A DNA stretch of 64,000 bases from assembly GCA_002869165.1 (NCBI GenBank), contig PKTK01000005.1, forward strand, positions 2,553 to 66,552, read 5' to 3'. The position numbers were made by a program, and so were the translations under genes. Each line of letters starts with the position of its first letter. The stretch's first letter is position 1. This stretch comes from Candidatus Parcubacteria bacterium. GTDB lineage: Bacteria; Patescibacteriota; Patescibacteriia; Patescibacteriales; UBA12075. Positions 60,403 through 64,000 of the stretch are shown here, one piece after another. Below the pieces are notes generated by a model. The model saw only the letters and a program-made list of their open reading frames with translations. It did no database searches and was not told the DNA's origin.

Positions 60403-60477
60403 GGGGGTGTAGCTCAGTTTGGTTAGAGCGCTTGCCTGTCACGCAAGAGGTCGCGAGTTCGAGCCTCGTCACTCCCG
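60403..60477 (+). tRNA. tRNA-Asp (anticodon GUC)
   Basis: GGGGGTGTAGCTCAGTTTGGTTAGAGCGCTTGCCTGTCACGCAAGAGGTCGCGAGTTCGAGCCTCGTCACTCCCG, with anticodon loop CTGTCAC. Confidence 0.9.
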
Positions 60478-60486
60478 CAAATTTAA

Positions 60487-60514
60487 AGAATCGCTATTGT
60501 TAGCGATTCTTTTT
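60487..60514 (+). terminator. terminator after tRNA-Asp
   Basis: AGAATCGCTA pairs with TAGCGATTCT (10 bp), followed by TTTTT. Confidence 0.7.
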
Positions 60515-60568
60515 GTATAAAAAACACCGAAAGGACAATTGTATCCTTTCGGTGATATGTAGTTTGAA

Positions 60569-61558
60569 TTACTTTGAGATATGCTCTGCAAGCATTTTTA
60601 ATATCTCTCGATGCTTTATGTTGTCTCTCCCGTAGTATGTTCGATTGCAATTAAAAGCGCATACAGTAGAACTTGAAGGATGAACAGCGAGTAAGCCACC
60701 AGTATATCCTGCATGCAGATAAACTCCCCAGTCTTTAGTGGATTGGCCGTATAGGTCTTGGTGCCAACCAAGTCCCTGAGATCTTGTCCCGGCTTTGCTG
60801 TAATCAGTAAAAACTTTTTTAAGATTATCATTTGAAACGATTTTCTCTTCCAACCATAGTCTTCCAAATTTAGCCAAATCATTAGTGCTAGCGAAAACCC
60901 CAGCATTGCCAGCAATTCCACCCATTAGATCTGCTGATTCATCATGAGTATAACCCTGGACAATTTCCCCATTCCTAACTTCGGTTGGAGGAGAAGCTAG
61001 TTTTTCTTTATCACTTGATCCCAGCTTTGTGTTTAGCAAATCATGGGTTCTAAAAAAATCAGAAAAAGTAGCTCTTAATGGTTTTTGATAAACGGTTTCA
61101 ATAAGTTGACCTAAAAACAAATAGGTTATATTCTCATAATGTACATCCTCGGTAGCCTTTATTGGTGGTACGACTTTGAGAATTTCAACACCAAAGCTAT
61201 TTTGGTATTTATCCCTGTATTCAGAAAGTCTTATTTCGAAATTTGCCTGGTGAGTCATTAAGTCTTGAATGGTTAGCTCAGAATTTTCAAAGACTGGTAG
61301 ATACTTTGCTACTTTATCTAAGGTGCTTAACTTTCCCTCTTCTTTTGCTGTTAAAATTATAGCAGATGTATAGAGCTTGGTAATTGAGGCTAAGTCGAAA
61401 AGCGTGTCAGAGGTGACAACGGTAGCGTCTGTATCAGAAAAGGTTCCAGTAGATAACCTAAACAACTCTTTCCCTTTCTTCATCACAAGCACTGAGCATC
61501 CTGGCGACATTCTGCCCTTAACAGCTTGTTCAATTTTTTCTTTTAATTCTTTAACCAT
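60569..61558 (-). CDS. beta-lactamase-fold serine hydrolase (class C / DD-peptidase-like)
   Basis: SxxK nucleophile motif LASITKLYTS at the expected position, 329 aa, with HAGYTGG near the C-terminus. The terminator CACCGAAAGGA/TCCTTTCGGTG lies downstream (60525-60554). Confidence 0.65.
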   Translation of the reverse strand: MVKELKEKIEQAVKGRMSPGCSVLVMKKGKELFRLSTGTFSDTDATVVTSDTLFDLASITKLYTSAIILTAKEEGKLSTLDKVAKYLPVFENSELTIQDLMTHQANFEIRLSEYRDKYQNSFGVEILKVVPPIKATEDVHYENITYLFLGQLIETVYQKPLRATFSDFFRTHDLLNTKLGSSDKEKLASPPTEVRNGEIVQGYTHDESADLMGGIAGNAGVFASTNDLAKFGRLWLEEKIVSNDNLKKVFTDYSKAGTRSQGLGWHQDLYGQSTKDWGVYLHAGYTGGLLAVHPSSSTVCAFNCNRTYYGRDNIKHREILKMLAEHISK

Positions 61559-61615
61559 GATTATTTCTTGTTATAATGTTACTCTTATTATATAGATTAT
61601 GGAAAAGTATTTCAA

Positions 61616-62590
61616 CTAATGTGAAAATTCTCCATTAACATATAAGCGTCCTGTGATTTTGCCTTGACTATTCACAAAAGGAACCCAAAAATCCGAAAAA
61701 GATTTTTTTCTATCTTTTTTGTCACTGAAGTTATCAAAAAGCAAATTCGAAATTAGATTCACAGTTGCAGCTGTTACGTGTCTACCATCGTTTTGCCAAA
61801 CTGGAAAATTTTGTTCAACTAAAGCTTGTACGATTTCATATGCTGGAAAATAATATATATTCTCAGTCATATTAATTACTTTGTGTAAAGCGATTAAAAT
61901 CGTAGACTTGGAAATATTGTTTGCTTCTCTGATCGGTAATCCCGAGAAAGTATATTTCAACGGAACAGGAGAGACTGTAAATATAATTGGAAAATCACTC
62001 CCATAATTCTCCTTAATAGTTTTAACTAGTCTCAATACCACCCCTTCAATCTCGTCAACCTCAGCAAACCTTGACTGCCAAGGACTTGAAACATCCTTGA
62101 TAATTTCAAGAGGCAATTGGTTTACAATAAGATTATCGTCTTCTTTGTGACTCCATATTTCAGATAATCCAAAGGTGAAAAGAAAGCATGTCGCTTGTTT
62201 AATAATTTTTTTAGCATTTCTGCTAAAACTATCATTAGCCCTCTCTAATTCGGAGATTGAATTAAATGATGCCCATGTTCGCCAAGGATCTCTGAATTGA
62301 TTAATGAGCTTAGAATCTTCTTTTTCAGAAATAATCCCAGCCTGCCAATCAACTTGTTCAAAAAGCCTGATTATTTCCATTGACATTGAAAAAGGATTAT
62401 AGAGAATATCCCAGGGCATTTGTTCCTTTATCAAACCGGAATAATCTAGCCATCGATTGAAGTTTCTAGCAAAGCAACTTCCTATACCGATTAATCCTTG
62501 AAAATCGATCTTTTCCTTTGGAGGATTAATTATAGGTAGGCTCGTATACCTCCATTTACTATTCGTTCTTGAGTGTCTTTTTGTGTCCAT
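61616..62590 (-). CDS. GSCFA-domain protein (SGNH-like, function unknown)
   Basis: A literal GIGSCFARNF motif near the N-terminus, and GGAGAA 7 nt upstream of the ATG. The start lies 61 nt inside the upstream gene. Confidence 0.55.
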   Translation of the reverse strand: MDTKRHSRTNSKWRYTSLPIINPPKEKIDFQGLIGIGSCFARNFNRWLDYSGLIKEQMPWDILYNPFSMSMEIIRLFEQVDWQAGIISEKEDSKLINQFRDPWRTWASFNSISELERANDSFSRNAKKIIKQATCFLFTFGLSEIWSHKEDDNLIVNQLPLEIIKDVSSPWQSRFAEVDEIEGVVLRLVKTIKENYGSDFPIIFTVSPVPLKYTFSGLPIREANNISKSTILIALHKVINMTENIYYFPAYEIVQALVEQNFPVWQNDGRHVTAATVNLISNLLFDNFSDKKDRKKSFSDFWVPFVNSQGKITGRLYVNGEFSH

Positions 62591-63891
62591 TGTGATTCTC
62601 CTAGCTTAATATCAACATTTAGACTTTTCATGTCTTCAATGATATTTTGATAACCGCGGAATAATTGATAAGCTTCTATGATGTTCGTTTTTGCTAGACG
62701 AGCTGATGCTCCAATTAACAACGCAGCGCCTGCTCGAATATCTATTGCAGCTACAGTAACTGTTCTGCTATTTGGATATTTACCATTAACAATAATGCTT
62801 TGCCCGTTTGCAGTTAAATCGTAGCCCATAATATTTAAGCCCTTAACATGTGTAGAACGACTATTATAGATCCTGTCGACTAGCTTTGTTTGTCCTTTGT
62901 GTTTACAAAGTCCAGAAATAACAATTGGACCCACGTCAGAAGGTATTCCTGGCCATGGTGTGCATTCAATTAATTTTGGATGAATTATTTTTGATACAGA
63001 AACACACAGTCCTTCTTTTGCGGTATTGCATTTCACATTCATTTTATCCAAAAGCTTGTTGACTGAGGGTAGTAATAATTTAACCCCTTTTAAACAAATG
63101 CTTCCTTCGGTTGCGATTGACATTGAAATATAAGTGAGAGCCACCGTTGTATCGTGTGGCAGTGAAATAGCTGCTTTAAAATGACTTATTTTTTTCATCG
63201 ATAGAATCTTAATGACCCTATTTTTTAAGGTCACCTTTCTTCCCGTGGTTTTTCGCAGAAAATCAATAAGCACCTCTGTAACGGGTTCAAGAGCAACATT
63301 TCTTAATGTTAGCTCTCCCTTAAAAACTAAAGCTGCTATTAATGCATGAGCTGTAACTCCAACGCTTGGCCCAAACTTAGTTGAACAATCAAAATCAATT
63401 GTGTTATTTGTTTTTGTTCTTATAGCTAGAAATTTACCTTCGGCTTTACTAAGAGAAATTCCAAAAGCATGAATGAGGTCAATATGACGATCAATTAATC
63501 TATCTGTAAAGCAACAACCACCGATACTGGAATCTATTTCAGTTCTACCAAATTTTAATGCAGACGCCGAAACAAGACAAATACTTGCACGACTTTTTGA
63601 AATTGAAGTCATGTTAAAGTCAGCATTATTTGGTTTTACACGTAATGAGCTTTTAGACTGCCCTAGTTTAGCAATATCGTTTTCTTGCGCCCAGTCAATA
63701 ATTGACATTACATCATCGCAAAAATGCATGTTATTTATCCAAGTTTCTTCATTTGATATTAACGATGCAAATAGTAGATGTACAGCAGAAATCTTGTCGC
63801 CTGGAATCGCAACTTGTCCTTGAGCCTTGTTTCCCCCACATATAATTATGGAGGCATTCTTTTTTGTGTTTTTATCCATTTTTTCCTCCAA
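62530..63891 (-). CDS. murA: divergent MurA-family enolpyruvyl transferase
   Basis: These align by eye with my recollection of E. coli MurA: GDKISAVHLL (K22 region), IGGCCFTDRLIDRHI (Cys115/Arg120 region), PSDVGP (Asp305 region), DIRAGAALLIG (Arg397 region). It has extra N- and C-terminal tails. Confidence 0.65.
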   Translation of the reverse strand: MEEKMDKNTKKNASIIICGGNKAQGQVAIPGDKISAVHLLFASLISNEETWINNMHFCDDVMSIIDWAQENDIAKLGQSKSSLRVKPNNADFNMTSISKSRASICLVSASALKFGRTEIDSSIGGCCFTDRLIDRHIDLIHAFGISLSKAEGKFLAIRTKTNNTIDFDCSTKFGPSVGVTAHALIAALVFKGELTLRNVALEPVTEVLIDFLRKTTGRKVTLKNRVIKILSMKKISHFKAAISLPHDTTVALTYISMSIATEGSICLKGVKLLLPSVNKLLDKMNVKCNTAKEGLCVSVSKIIHPKLIECTPWPGIPSDVGPIVISGLCKHKGQTKLVDRIYNSRSTHVKGLNIMGYDLTANGQSIIVNGKYPNSRTVTVAAIDIRAGAALLIGASARLAKTNIIEAYQLFRGYQNIIEDMKSLNVDIKLGESQWTQKDTQERIVNGGIRAYL

Positions 63892-64000
63892 TATAAAGAG
63901 TAGTTTGTTAATGAACTTTTGATTTTATTATATATAAAATCATTTTATCTTATACTATAAAAATGATTTTGTCAAAAACTGTCAAGTTTTATTAATTTAT

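Overview
This is 64 kb of an AT-rich, tightly packed bacterial chromosome. It reads with the standard code: TAA, TAG and TGA each end well-supported genes. I could not run any search, so every call rests on motifs read from the supplied translations and on hand inspection of the DNA.

Main blocks, left to right:
- PLD-like protein, DnaQ-like exonuclease, tsaD and tRNA-Glu.
- A PGI/PMI isomerase, yebC (interrupted) and ruvC.
- An ~8 kb alpha-glucan operon with two GT5 glycogen synthases, a GH57 protein, an APH-like kinase, a PHP phosphoesterase, a P-loop kinase and a GDE/GH100-like hydrolase. A convergent GH130 gene follows it.
- pnp, a small ORF, an NYN-domain gene and rpsO.
- An OmpR-type regulator with a 960-aa soluble multi-PAS histidine kinase.
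- Desulfoferrodoxin and two rubrerythrins, then mutM.
- Cell-wall genes (M23 peptidase, PBP1A), tRNA-His and tRNA-Arg, and a GalT-like gene.
- The origin-proximal block dnaN-dnaA <> rpmH-rnpA-yidD-yidC.
- A run of small orphan genes, bactofilin, tRNA-Ala and tRNA-Arg, then trxB, rnhB and yraN.
- An Ig-repeat surface protein and a thioredoxin/DsbD-like fusion.
- Two tandem zinc-ribbon paralogs, a YibE/F gene, an ArsR(SdpR)-SdpI pair, trmH and tRNA-Asp.
- A divergent MurA-like / GSCFA / beta-lactamase-fold operon.

The content fits a reduced anaerobe such as Patescibacteria/CPR, but that placement is inference only.

Most interesting observations:
1. A family of GC-rich 'TTTGTCAT' hairpin repeats whose stems covary between copies. 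It has longer ~105-140 nt versions.
2. Two otherwise intact genes (yebC and one of the tandem zinc-ribbon paralogs) each carry a single in-frame TAA.
3. A 57-aa ORF sits inside ~85-bp imperfect inverted repeats.
4. Two promoter- or terminator-delimited structured RNA candidates match no family I recognise (2840-3160 and 51865-51993). The second sits behind five helically phased TTTTTCACA-like repeats.
5. A 590-bp noncoding region upstream of trxB carries three palindromic repeats and TTATCCACT boxes.
6. Three tRNAs have their 3' ends duplicated 100-190 bp downstream.

I found no CRISPR array, transposase, integrase or rRNA.
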